Shown here: positions 1 through 10,870 of the stretch, piece after piece
Numbering within the stretch: position 1 is the first letter of the stretch
How the letters are laid out: every line of letters starts with the position of its first letter
Position numbers and translations under genes: made by a program
Assembly (NCBI GenBank): GCA_951406725.2
Contig: OX597839.1
Span: 27,962,001-28,026,000 of the forward strand
DNA from: Octopus vulgaris
Taxonomy: Eukaryota
Direction: 5' to 3'
DNA length: 64,000 nucleotides
Notes under the pieces: model-generated
Database searches by the model: none
What the model saw: only the letters and a program-made list of their open reading frames with translations
Told to the model about the DNA's origin: nothing

Positions 1-451
1 TAATCTAAAAGTTGTGGAAAAACTACTAAACACCACACACACACACACACACATATATATACACATCCAGTGTACCAGTTTAAAACTACTAAACAACAAC
101 ACCGTATCTAGTTTACCAATGTACGGGGTGGCCCTGATTTTGTAGGTCAGTTGGGTCATTCGAATCGTATTGATTGGACTGCAGTGTGTAATTTGGTGAA
201 ACTGGAGACTCTGTTGCTTTTTCCCCCTTCGTCACCCACCCACCCACCACTCTTTCTTCTCCACCTCCTCCTCTTTATTCTTCATCTTCTCTTCTTTCTT
301 TTTCATCGTTATCATCTTCTTCATCTTCCTTTTTTTCTTTCCTCTTCAGCTTCTTTACTGTTTTCTTCTTCATCTCCTTCATCGTCTTCTTCTTTTCCAT
401 CTTCGTTGTTTCCTTCTTTCCCTTTGCTCCTGCTTCCCCTTCTCCCTTGCT

Positions 452-525
452 GCTGCTACTGGTGCTACTACTACTACTTCTATTACTACTACGATTATTA
501 CTACTACTATTGCTACCACTACTAC
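452..525. repeat. (TAC)n-like microsatellite
   Basis: Imperfect tac/tat triplet run, seen directly. Confidence 0.9.
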
Positions 526-997
526 AAGACAGTTTTGGGAACACACATGACGTTTATTTATTTATTTATTTATTTATTAGATTGGTCTGGAGGCAAGGTA
601 CTTGTACTCACGGGGGCCCCTACATAACCCTTCTGCCCCCAATCTCCTGAAACCTGAGCTGTGCAATACTTGGTACCAACCAATACAGCTTGTCTTTGAG
701 GCTGGCTGCTTGCTTTAGTTCCACCTTGTCACATTGTGTACCAGTAATTACTTGAGGATGGGAAGAATCATAATAAGTAAAAAAAAAACACCTGTCAGAG
801 TTGTTTCACATCATACAGTCAGTCCATTAATAGTTCTTCAATATGTTGTTATTTTTTTTATATATATTTTTATTTGCTGGGTCCTGGGGGGGCAGAGCAG
901 TTCCACCCATGCATGGCCTTCGTTATACCTCCAAGACCAGTGAGATTGGTGCCATTAATGTTTTGCTTGAAATCATAGCAAATCAACACCTGTTGCT

Positions 998-1020
998 CCT
1001 CTTCTTCTTCTTCTTCTTCT

Positions 1021-1082
<62 letters not shown>

Positions 1083-1160
1083 TTCTTCTCCTCCTCCTCC
1101 TCCTCCTCCTCCTCCTCCTCTTCTTCTTCTTCTTCTTCTTCTTCTTCTTCTTCTTCTTCT
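998..1160. repeat. Compound (CTT)n/(CCT)n microsatellite
   Basis: Seen directly; explains the poly-F/S and poly-E/G/R ORFs. Confidence 0.95.
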
Positions 1161-1410
1161 ATTTGTTACACCTTTAGCAGAATGTTTCTCAACTATTTTT
1201 CCCCTATGGACCCCTTCGATTACTATTTTATTCTGGTGCCCCCCCCCCCCCGCCACTTCCCACATCCATTCATTGTTTAAAAACTAGCTTTATAGAGAGT
1301 TCTTTAAAGTTTCTTATTTTGCTTTCCCTTGTGTTGGCTGAACTAAGTAAAACATCAGAGAAAGAAACTTGTTTTTTCAAAATAAATACATCTAAAGCAA
1401 AATTTTTTCA

Positions 1411-1760
1411 GTGGCTGTGTGTTAAGTAGCTTGCTTACAATCCCCATTGTTCTGTGTTCAGTCCCACTGCATGGCACCTTGGGCAAGTGTCTTCTACTAT
1501 AGCCTCGGGCCAACCAAAGCCTTGTGAGTGGATTTGGTAGACGGAAACTGAAAGAAGCCTGCCGTATATATATGTATGTGTGTGTATATGTTTGTGTGTC
1601 TGTGTTTACATCTCCATAACTTAGCGGTTCAGCAAAAGAGACCAATAGAATAAGTACTAGGCTTCCAAAGAATAAGTCCTGGGGTCGATTTGCTCGACTA
1701 AAGGCGGTGCTCCAGCAGGGCCGTAGTCAAATGACTGAAACAAGTAAAAGAGTAAAAGAG
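1411..1760 (+). mobile_element. tRNA-derived SINE family A
   Basis: Head gtggctgtgtg..aagtagcttgc with B-box-like gttcagtccc, ccttgggcaag core, internal (TA)n(TG)n, tail gactgaaacaagtaaaagag; more than 20 related copies in window. Confidence 0.9.
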
Positions 1761-1779
1761 ACCCAATTTACTATTTCGC

Positions 1780-1848
1780 TTGTGTGAACCCACCAAAATC
1801 TTATATGGACCACAAGGAATCATATGGACCCCGGTTGAGAACCACTGT
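1780..1848. mobile_element. hAT-type DNA transposon terminal fragment
   Basis: Ends ggttgagaaccactg, the reverse complement of CAGTGGTTCTCAACC, a typical hAT/Charlie-like terminus; partner end not found. Confidence 0.5.
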
Positions 1849-2040
1849 TTTAGCATGAGATTCTGTAGCCCCTATTTTAGGTTTTCCACCATTTCTATCA
1901 CTGTGTCCCCTTTCTCCTCACAAGTGACTTCCACTTCAGCCCCTGTTTTTGTATTTGTTGGTTTCCTTGAAGATGACTGATTTGTTTGTGTTTTGTAGCC
2001 CTTCATTTGTATTTATATTTGTATTTTATAACTGTTGCGT

Positions 2041-2354
2041 GAAGACACGTGGCTTAGTGGTTAGGTCATTCAACACACAATCATAACGTCATGAGTTCGA
2101 TTTCTGGCAGCCTTTTGTGTCCTTAAGCAAGACACTTTATTTCACTTTGCTCCAGTCCACTCAGCTGGCAAAAATGAGTTGCAGCTATTATTCAAAGGGC
2201 CAACCATGTCACATTCTGTGTCACACTGAATCTCCCTGGGAACTACATTAAGGGTACGCAAGTCTGTGGAGTACTCAGCTGCTTGCACATTAATTTCACA
2301 AGCAGGCTATTCTGTGGATCAGATCAACTGGAATGTTCCTTGCCATAACCAATG
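2041..2354 (+). mobile_element. tRNA-derived SINE with E-like head/core and F-type tail
   Basis: A box tggcttagtgg, B box gagttcga; core gcaagacactttatttcac..gctccagtccactcagctg as in family E; tail aactacattaagggtac..gatcaactggaa as at 62600-62720. Confidence 0.8.
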
Positions 2355-2694
2355 GGTAAAGGGTAAAGACCCCCTTCGGTCATGAATGACCATGGGATTG
2401 CACCTAGAAAGTTACCCTCCTAGACACAAGTCCGGGCAAGGTTGTTTATGGAAGACCAGCAGTCGCCCATGCATACCGGCCTCCCCTCTCCACGCCACCA
2501 GTGTTATCCAAGGGAAAGACAAAGGTCGATACAGCTTGGCACCAGTGACATCGCAACTCATTTCTACAGCTGAGTGAACTGGAGCAACGTGAAATAAAGT
2601 GCTTTGCTCAAGAACACAACACGCAGCCCGGTCCGGGATTCGAGCTCACAACCTCACGATCGTAAGCTTGACGCTCTAACCACTGAGCCATGCG
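2355..2694 (-). mobile_element. tRNA-derived SINE family E
   Basis: Reverse complement of copies at 7168 and 34443; (TTTACCC)n tail; interrupts the 3' end of the preceding SINE. Confidence 0.88.
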
Positions 2695-3451
2695 GAGTGC
2701 CAATTATATTAATAACTGTTATTCTTTACTCTAAATATCCACAGCCCTGTGTAGGATATTCTGCAATAGTTTTCTCATTGCATAAGGCTTCTATTTTCCT
2801 GCATTTGTGGCAAATATAATCTTTTTATCTCAGAGTTTGGGTGGAGGAATATTTGAAATGCAGTCGAGGGTAGAAATTTATAAAAGGGGTGAACAAGATT
2901 AGGGGACACTCATAACTTTCTTAAAAGACATTTGTGAAACAAGAGACTTGTATTAACGGCCCCAAATTGATGGTTTGCCTTCGTTTTGATAATCAGGAGT
3001 CTTGCTGCTACTTCTTAGACTTTGCTCTGCTTGATAAAAAAAAACAAACATTAAAACAAAAATACAAGAAAAAACAAAATGCTTATGTAATTAAAATTAA
3101 CAGAAAAACAGTAATTAATCGTTGCCCATGACAACACTTTTTTTTGTTGTTTTGTTTTGTTTTGCGAACTGGTAAATTGAAACTATCTCAAATATCATGC
3201 TGGTTGTTTTGTTATTATTTTTAAAATTTTATTCTTCTTATAATCTGGTTGCACAAATCGTGTGTTCAGTCCATTAAAATAAGTCTCGTTTTACAGAATA
3301 AATCTGTTTCATCAACAGTAACACAGAAAACAAACCTTCAAATTCATTATTTGTTTTGCCTCTTGTTCTACACTCACTCGACAAAACATTTCGCAAACTT
3401 GTTTCCCCTTCTCCATGCCACTAATCGCACCAATATATGTACATAACCAAC

Positions 3452-3826
3452 ATCATCATAATCATCATCATTTAGCATCCGCTTTCCATGCTAGCATGGG
3501 TTGGACAGTTCAACTGGGGTCTGTGAAGCCGGAAGGCTGCATCAGGCCCAGTCAGATCTGGCAGTGTTTCTATGGCTGGATGCCCTTCCTAACGCCAACC
3601 ACTCCGTGAGTGTAGTGGGTGCTTTTTACGTGCCACCCGCACAGGTGCCAGATGGAGCTGGCAAACGGCCACAAACGGATGGTGCTTTTATGTGCCACCG
3701 GCATGGGGGCCAGGCGAAGCTGGCAACGGACACGAGCGGATAGTGCTTTTACGTGCCACCGGCACGGGGACCAGGCGAGGCTGGCAGCGGACATGAACGG
3801 ATGGTGCTTTTACGTGCCACCGGCAC
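3452..3826 (-). mobile_element. RTE-clade LINE 3' end (family B)
   Basis: ggcgttaggaagggcatccagcc motif, (GAT)n tail, internal ~57-bp tandem units; the same tail follows RTE-like C-terminal coding sequence at 57270-57390. Confidence 0.8.
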
Positions 3827-3989
3827 ATATGTAAAAACTACTATAATCACCCCAATTTAGTGAGGTCCTCTCCCAATGGTACTTCTCCTTTCACCCTTCA
3901 TGGTACCCTACAGCTGGCACCTGTCTTTACCAAACCCTTCAGTTTTTTTCCTTCCTACAAGAATCTTACTGATCTTTGGAAACATATTG

Positions 3990-4183
3990 GTTTTAAATTT
4001 TGGCACAAGGCCAGCAATTTCGGGGAGAGTGGGGAAGTCAAATACATCAACCCCAAAGTTCAACTGGTACTTATTTTATCAACCCCAAAACATCGGCAGA
4101 ATTTAAACTCAGAACTTAAAGACAGATGAAATGCCACTAGGCATTTCACTCAGCCTGCTAACAATTCTACCTGCTCACCACCT
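3990..4183 (-). mobile_element. SINE family C, degenerate, with target site duplication
   Basis: Homologous to 15845 copy; flanked by atctttggaaa(c/t)atatt on both sides. Confidence 0.75.
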
Positions 4184-4704
4184 TTATCTTTGGAAATATA
4201 TTTCAAAAAGGACCCCTTCACTGGTTACCATAAAGGCCTTCATAGACACAAGCCATAGACCCTGGCCCACAAGTGTGCTGTCTCCTCTTTCAGCCTTTCC
4301 ACTGCTACTATAATGGCCTTTGTTCTTCAGTTACAGCCAGCACCGGCCTTTACCAAACTCTTCAGTACCTCCCTCCTTACATGAGTCTATCCTTATCTTT
4401 GGAAACACATTTCAGCTGGTTGGCATAAAGTCCCACACAGACACACTCTAGATTCTGGCACACAGACATACTATTTCCCCCCCCCTCTATCTCTCTCTCT
4501 CCAACCATTGTTACACAACAGTGGTTAGACTTATGTCACCTTCACTCAAGCACATCTGATCCATTTGTACAAAGATAGAAGACACACACACACAAACACT
4601 CACATATGTAAGGCCTTCTCTTTATAAATGTTCTGAAATCTTTCACAGCCCTTGGATTTTTATCTTATTCTGTTAATTTCATATATATATATATATAAAT
4701 TGTA

Positions 4705-5040
4705 GTTGTGATACCTGTGCTGGTGGCATGTATAAAGCACCATCCGAACGTGGCCAATGTCAGCGCCGCCTTGACTGGCTTCTGTGCCGGTGGCACATAA
4801 AAAGCACCGACCAATTGTGGCCATTGCCAGCCTCCCCTGGCACCTGTGCTGGTGGCACGCAAAAAGCACCCACTACACTCACAGAGTGGTTGGCATTAGG
4901 AAGGGCATCCAGCCGTAGAAACACTGCCAGATCAGATTGGAGCCTGGTGCAGCCCCCTGGCTTCCCAGACCCCAGTCAAACCGTCCAACCCATGCTAGCA
5001 TGGAAAACAGATGTTAAACGTTGATGATGATGATGATGAT
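4705..5040 (+). mobile_element. RTE-clade LINE 3' end (family B)
   Basis: Tandem gtgccggtggcac units, aggaagggcatccagccgtagaaa, (GAT)n tail. Confidence 0.8.
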
Positions 5041-5129
5041 ATATATATATATATAGGAAAATGTGTTGTTGGTAATGCACCTAAATTTCAAAAACTCATA
5101 AATGTTTAAAATACATTTATTTACATATA

Positions 5130-5171
5130 TACCAAACTAGTTTCAGCAATATTTTTTGTTTATCAATGGTA
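5130..5171 (-). ncRNA. Candidate minimal hammerhead ribozyme, U3/A8 core
   Basis: Minus strand: tacca-TTGATAA-acaaaaaatattgct-GAAA-ctag-TT-tggta; 5-bp stem I, palindromic stem III (actagt), weak stem II. Confidence 0.5.
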
Positions 5172-5580
5172 AAAGTTTAAAATTAGAAAAAAACATCTTT
5201 AAAAGTTTCAATGTTGACAAATTAAAATGTTTCAATGTCGACACATTTAAAATGCTCAAAAGAGAAGGGGTAAGTTTGAATGTTAATAGCAGTCAATAAA
5301 ATTAAAAGTTTGTATCAATTTGTTTGAATGTATAAAGTTCATTAATTTTAGTGGTGGTCGACTAGTCATACTGAAAAGAACAAGTGTGGTATGAAAATAG
5401 TAAAAAAAAGGGAATTTGGTTTACAGTTTTTCTGATCCTCTTCTAATAGATGCTTTCGCTTGTAAGTTTCCGATGAACCAATCCCTGGTTCACTGTAGTT
5501 GTGATGATAAGAGTGACAAGGGAGTATCTGAAACTCAGTATAGGGCCATTATCTCAACCTACATCACTATTATTGTTTAA

Positions 5581-5790
5581 CCCTTTAGCATTCAGATTCT
5601 TCTGTCAAATGTAAAGCTTATGTATTCACACCATGTAAAATTAATCTTGCATCATTTCATGGCTTTGAGATTTCAGTGATGTGATTGTTTATTTTTAAAA
5701 TGACACAATAAGGTAGCTATGAATGACCATATCCGACTAGTTTGAGTATAAAATAGGGAGAATATTTTGGCCGGTTTAAACACTAAAGGG
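5581..5790. mobile_element. piggyBac-type MITE
   Basis: TTAA|ccctttag ... ctaaaggg|TTAA; second copy at 39546-39766. Confidence 0.85.
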
Positions 5791-5793
5791 TTA

Positions 5794-6000
5794 AGGCAAA
5801 GAGCTGGCAGAATCATTAGCACGCCGGGCAAAATGCTTTGCGGCATTTCGTCTGTCCTTACTAAGTTCAAATTCTGCCAAGGTCAGCTTTGCCTTTCATC
5901 CTTTCGAGGTTGATGAAAATAAATACTGGAGTCAATGTAGTCAACTTCACCCTTCCCCCAAAATTTCAGGCCTTGTGCCAATAGTTGAAAGGATTATTGT
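5794..6000 (+). mobile_element. SINE family C
   Basis: gagctggcagaatcattagcac..gttcaaattc..gcctttcatcctttcg..gataa-like domain. Confidence 0.8.
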
Positions 6001-6458
6001 TATTATTATCATTGTTGTGGTTATTCAAATTCCGATAATTCTGCAGCAACCATATAATATAATTATTTGCCTGCCACATAATTGTGTTCAAGTGTCAGAA
6101 ATCATTCACGCCAGGCTTTATAGCGTTAACATGAAAAAATGTATATAAAACCAGTTTGAAAAGAATGAAAAAAAGAAAACGAAATTGAAGGTCACATAGT
6201 TTGTTCCTCTCTAAATTTCTCGCTGCTCTAATTCATTTTTTCACACCACAGAATACATTGTTTGGCTTAATTTTTCTCATTCTTCACATTTCCATTTTAA
6301 TCTGTATACACCAGATACCCACACATATACACACACACACACCCTTTACTTTTCACTGACATACATATACATAGTCAGACTCACTTACATACCTTCTCAC
6401 ATACACATGGGCATACATGCTCACACACACACACACGTGCTAACTTACATGCATATAT

Positions 6459-6687
6459 ATTTCTTTACTACCCACAAGGGGCTAAACATAGAGGGGACAA
6501 ACAAGGACAGACAAAGGGATTAAGTCGATTATATCGACCCCAGTGCGTAACTGGTACTTAATTTATCGACCCCGAAAGGATGAAAGGCAAAGTCGACCTT
6601 GGCGGAATTTGAACTCAGAACATAACGGCAGACGAAATACGGCTATGCTTTTCGCCTGGTGTCCTAATGTTTCAGCCAGCTCGCCGC
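6459..6687 (-). mobile_element. SINE family C, full length, 14-bp TSD
   Basis: cttacatgcatata at 6444-6457 and 6688-6701. Confidence 0.9.
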
Positions 6688-7167
6688 CTTACATGCATAT
6701 AGTTGTTCATCTCCCCAACTCCTCACTACTTCTGGTCCTTTAGGTTATCGTACTGTCAAGCATTTTCTATGGCCCTTCCATTGCATGGATAAACAGTCAG
6801 ACAGAAAGAAACAAATATCCTTTACTCCGCGTTTCGAAGGTTAGGACAAGACACAACTTTGTTGAAACAGTCCAACACGGAGTAGATGAAACAGGGACAA
6901 CCGAAGAAGGGGAATATTCTTTATGTTGTATGTCTCGTTTCTCTGTTTTTTCGTTTGAAAAATCGTTTGTTTCTATGTTTTTGTTTTTATGTTTTCATTT
7001 CTCATTATGTTCAACATTTTTTTTTATGTCCTGTACCCATATATACATATATATGTAGGTATGTACATATATGTATGTATATATGCCTTTATTTTTATAT
7101 TATTTATATTATTATATGATTGAATGCCACGCATCCTTTTCCAAGTAAGTTTTATATATATATATAT

Positions 7168-7485
7168 GAAGGTGCATAGCTCTGTGGTTAGAGCGTCAAG
7201 CTTACGATCGTGAGGCTGTGAGTTCAAATCCCGAACCGGGCTGCATGTTGTATTCTTGAGCAAGGCACGTTACTCCAGTTCGCTCATATGTAGAAATGAG
7301 TTGCGATGTCACTGGTGTCAAGCTGTATCGGCCTTTCCCTTGGATAACATCGGTGGCATAGAGAGGGGAGGCCGGTATGCATGGGCGACTACTGGTCTTT
7401 CATAAACAACCTTGCCCTTACTTGTGCCTCAGAAGGTACCTTTCTAGATGCAATCCCTTGGTGATACATGACCAAAGGGGGTCTC
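7168..7485 (+). mobile_element. tRNA-derived SINE family E
   Basis: tRNA-like head gtggttagagcgtcaagcttacgatcgtgagg..gagttcaaatccc; body matches 2355-2694 and 34443-34787. Confidence 0.88.
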
Positions 7486-7633
7486 AGCATATATCTATAT
7501 ATATATACATATATATAGATTCAGATGAATACTGTACTTCAGTTAAGGCACCAGAATTTAGTACGGTATTATCCATACAATTTCAAAATAAGGTGATTAA
7601 AATCAAAATAAGCAACAAGGATATTCAGGGGTA

Positions 7634-7722
7634 ATGCAGTACGATCGTTTCATGCAACTCCATTTAATTGGACAATGCAATCATTACAGCAATTTAAAAT
7701 GTTGAGCAATCTTCAGCTGCAT
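7634..7722 (-). ncRNA. Hammerhead ribozyme, type I topology, long stem II
   Basis: Minus strand: atgcag-CTGAAGA-[~58-nt hairpin]-GAAA-cgatcg-TA-ctgcat; 6-bp stem I, canonical core, palindromic stem III acgatcgt. Confidence 0.75.
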
Positions 7723-7824
7723 ATATATATATAAAGTTAATCCAAACAAGAAAACAAAAACAAAAAAACAACAACACAAGGACGTGGAACAAATAAAGTA
7801 TTATTGGACGCTTGGGAAAGAAGG

Positions 7825-7859
7825 GTTTGACGTTTCAAGCTGAGCTCTTTGTCAGAAAC
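7825..7859 (-). ncRNA. Minimal hammerhead relic (Penelope-type)
   Basis: Minus strand: gttt-CTGACAA-agagctcagctt-GAAA-cg-TC-aaac; G8 changed to A, consistent with CpG decay. Confidence 0.6.
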
Positions 7860-8509
7860 ATAGGAGAAGGAAAGATCCCGAGAAGGGAAGAAAAAAATCG
7901 CTAGTGATACAGACGAAGTTACATACTAAACTATATATATAGTTGTATGTGTATATGTATGTTTGTTGTCCATGTTCTATAATTAGCAGTCAATTTTTTT
8001 ATGCAAACATGAAAATATTTGTTAAAATGATATTATATAGAATGTTTAAAACACATTATATAAAAGAAAATCAAAATTAACTAATGTTTTTTTATTTCAA
8101 ATTACTAATTATCATACTTAATTGTGTTAAATACATACAAGAATTTTTTTTTTTTTAGTCTCTAGAGTTTTCTTGTTTTGGTTTTCTTTGCCTGGGTTAA
8201 CGAGGGAAGTAGTAGAAGTAGTAAGACGATGCCTGGCAGTGGAGAGCGGGGTGGGGGGGTGGGAGAAAGAGCAAGCTCCCGTATTATCAAAAGAGTTTCC
8301 GGTACAAGGAGGAAATGTGAGATTGAGAATCATTTAGGGAGCAATTCTATGACACCCAACACTCTTCTTCTTAACCCCTTTTAATATTCCAACATAATCA
8401 ATCTGTTGCCACCCTGCCCTGCCTTAGAAGGGGGCGAATGTAATGTAGGGGATGTGGACGTGGTGGGGCTGTGGTGTTCATAAGTATGTCGTAGTTGTGG
8501 CTGTTGTTG

Positions 8510-8890
8510 TTGTTGTTTAGCCCCGGGACTAATGATTGAGCAGAAACTATGATCAAATACATTCCAACAGTATCCATCTCATCTACTTTTTAGGTATTGT
8601 GTACCTGAGACTACATTATTTAATGTGTCATTCCTGTGTTTTTTTGTTAAACAGTAAGATATAGTTTGAGGGAGATTTGACTGCTATTTCTAGCATATCA
8701 AGCAACAAGAAAGGCTTCTGTATTGTATCATGTGTTGTCGTTGTTGATTTTGTTGTTTAGCCCCAGGTCAGTAATGATTGAGCAAAACCTATGAACAAAT
8801 GTATTCCAGTGGTGACCACCTCATCTAGTTTTTGGATATTGTATACCTGGGACTGCATAATTTAATGTATCCTTCCTGTGTTTTTTTAAA
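8510..8890. repeat. Unclassified dispersed repeat D, two tandem copies
   Basis: gttgtttagcccc..gattgagca..attcca..gagggagatttgactgctatttctagc; pieces also near 10015, 15686, 17430, 18110 and 56660. Confidence 0.65.
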
Positions 8891-9292
8891 CGCAGAGGAG
8901 TGGCTGTGTGGTAAGTAGCTTGCTTACCAACCACATGGTTCCTGGTTCAGTCCCACTGCATGGCACCTTGAGCAAGTGTCTTCTACTATAGCCTTGGGCT
9001 GACTAAAGCATTGTGAGTGGATCTGGTAGACGGAAACTGAAAGAAGCCTGTCGTATATGTATATATATGTGTGTGTGTGTTTGTGTGTCTGTGTTTGTCC
9101 CCTGCAACATCACTTGATAACCGATGCTGGTGTTGTTTACATCCCTGTAACCTAGTGGTTTGGCAAAAGAGACCGATAGAATAAGTACTCAGCTTACAAA
9201 GAATAAGTCCTGGGGTCGATTTCCTCAACTAAAGGTTGTGCTCCAGCATGGCCACAGTCAAATGACTGAAACAAGTAAAAGAGTAAAGAGTA
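8890..9292 (+). mobile_element. SINE family A
   Basis: Full-length match to family A; inserted in repeat D. Confidence 0.9.
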
Positions 9293-9339
9293 AGATGTAA
9301 TTTGAGGGAGATTTGACTGTTATTTCTAGCTGATCAAGT

Positions 9340-10000
9340 GTAATGGGTGCTTTTTATGTGCCAGCAGCATAGGTGCCAGTTACATGACATGGACATTGGT
9401 CTTGACTACAGTTTCACCGTGGCTTGACAGGTCTTCTCGAGCACAATATATCACCCAAGGTCTGCTAGAAATAGCAGAAATCTGCTAGAAATAGCAGTCA
9501 CTTCCATGAGGCCCAACGTTTGAAGGGTGGTTTTTATGTGCTGCTGGCATGGGTCCCTGTTACATGACACTAGCCTTGGCCATGACTACAGTTTCGCTTG
9601 GCTTGACGGGTCTTCTCAGGCATGGCATAACGTTAAAGGACTTGGTTACTTACCACCTCCATGAGGCCCAACATTCGAAGGGTGCTTTTTATGTGCCACC
9701 AACATGGGTGCCAATTACATGACACCAGCGTTCCGGGAGCAAGCGAGGCACAAATTTTGCTGCAACTCTTTTCATTCGCAATTCCTCGCTCAAATTCCAT
9801 GACTAGGGTTTCACTTGGCTTGATGGACCTTCTCAAGCACCGTATATCACCAAAGGTCTCAGTCATCACTTACCAACCCTGTGAGGCCCAACATTCGAAG
9901 ATCATGCTTCACCCACCTTGTCTCACATCTTCCTGGGTTTACCCCTTCCACAGGTTCCCTCCACAGTTAGAAATTGGCACTTTTTTTACACAGCTATCTT
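9340..10000 (-). mobile_element. RTE-clade LINE C-terminus with triplicated ORF-end/3'UTR segment
   Basis: Minus translation near 9880-9965 resembles VEGTCGRGKPRKM..KHDLRMLGL (RTE-type GRPRKTW C-terminus); a ~160-bp segment occurs three times. Confidence 0.7.
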
Positions 10001-10208
10001 CGTCGATACACAATTGTGTATGTATTACATGTATGTTTGTTGTATAGCCCTAGGTCAGCCTTGAGAAAACAGAACCACTATCAAAGGTGTTCCACTCTTT
10101 ACCATTCAGAGTCTTTGAACATTCCAAATTGTATTAACAGGTTGAGCAACCACATAGAGACTTGTATGCATGGTGGTATATATATATTTGTATGTGTGTA
10201 TATATCCA

Positions 10209-10440
10209 TTTCTTTACTACCCACAAGGGGTTACTACCCATAGGGGGGATAAACAAGGACAGACAAACGGATTAAGCCGATTATATCGACCCCAATACGT
10301 AACTGGTACTTAATTTATCGATCCCGAAAGGATGAAAGGCAAAGTCGACCTCGGCGGAATTTGAACTCAGAACGTAAAGTCAGACGAAATACGGCTACGC
10401 ATTTCGCCCGGCGTGCTAACGTTTCTGCCAGCTCGCCGTC
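10209..10440 (-). mobile_element. SINE family C, 16-bp TSD
   Basis: tatgtgtgtatatatc at 10191-10206 and 10441-10456. Confidence 0.88.
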
Positions 10441-10454
10441 TATGTGTGTATATA

Positions 10455-10840
10455 TCATCATCATCGTTTAACATCCGTTTTCCATGCTAGCATGGGCTGG
10501 ATGGTTCAACCGGAGTCTGGGAAGCCAGGAGGCTGCACCAGTCTCCAGTCTGATCTGGCAGTGTTTGTACAGCTGGTTGCCCTTCCTAACGCCAACCACT
10601 CCATGAATGTAGTGGGTGCTTTTTACATGCCACCAGCACAGGTGCCAGGTGAGGCTGGCAACAGCCATGATTGGTTGGTGCTTTTTATGTGCCACCAGCA
10701 CAGAAGTCAGTCAAGGCGGTGCTGGCATCGGCCACGTTTGGATGGTGCTTTTTATGTGCCACCGGCACAGGTATCACAGCTACAATTTCTATTTGATTTT
10801 TTGATGTTGATGTACTTGACTTAATAGGTCTCCTCAAGCA
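10455..10840 (-). mobile_element. RTE-clade LINE 3' end (family B)
   Basis: Same tail and tandem units as 3452-3826. Confidence 0.8.
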
Positions 10841-10870
10841 CATATGTGTATGTGTTTATTTATGTATGTA

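Noticed and set aside
5470-5545. CCGATGA-hairpin-GAAActcagTA hammerhead-like motif
   Set aside because: An internal hairpin is present, but stem I arms do not pair and the base of stem II is unpaired, so it was not called.
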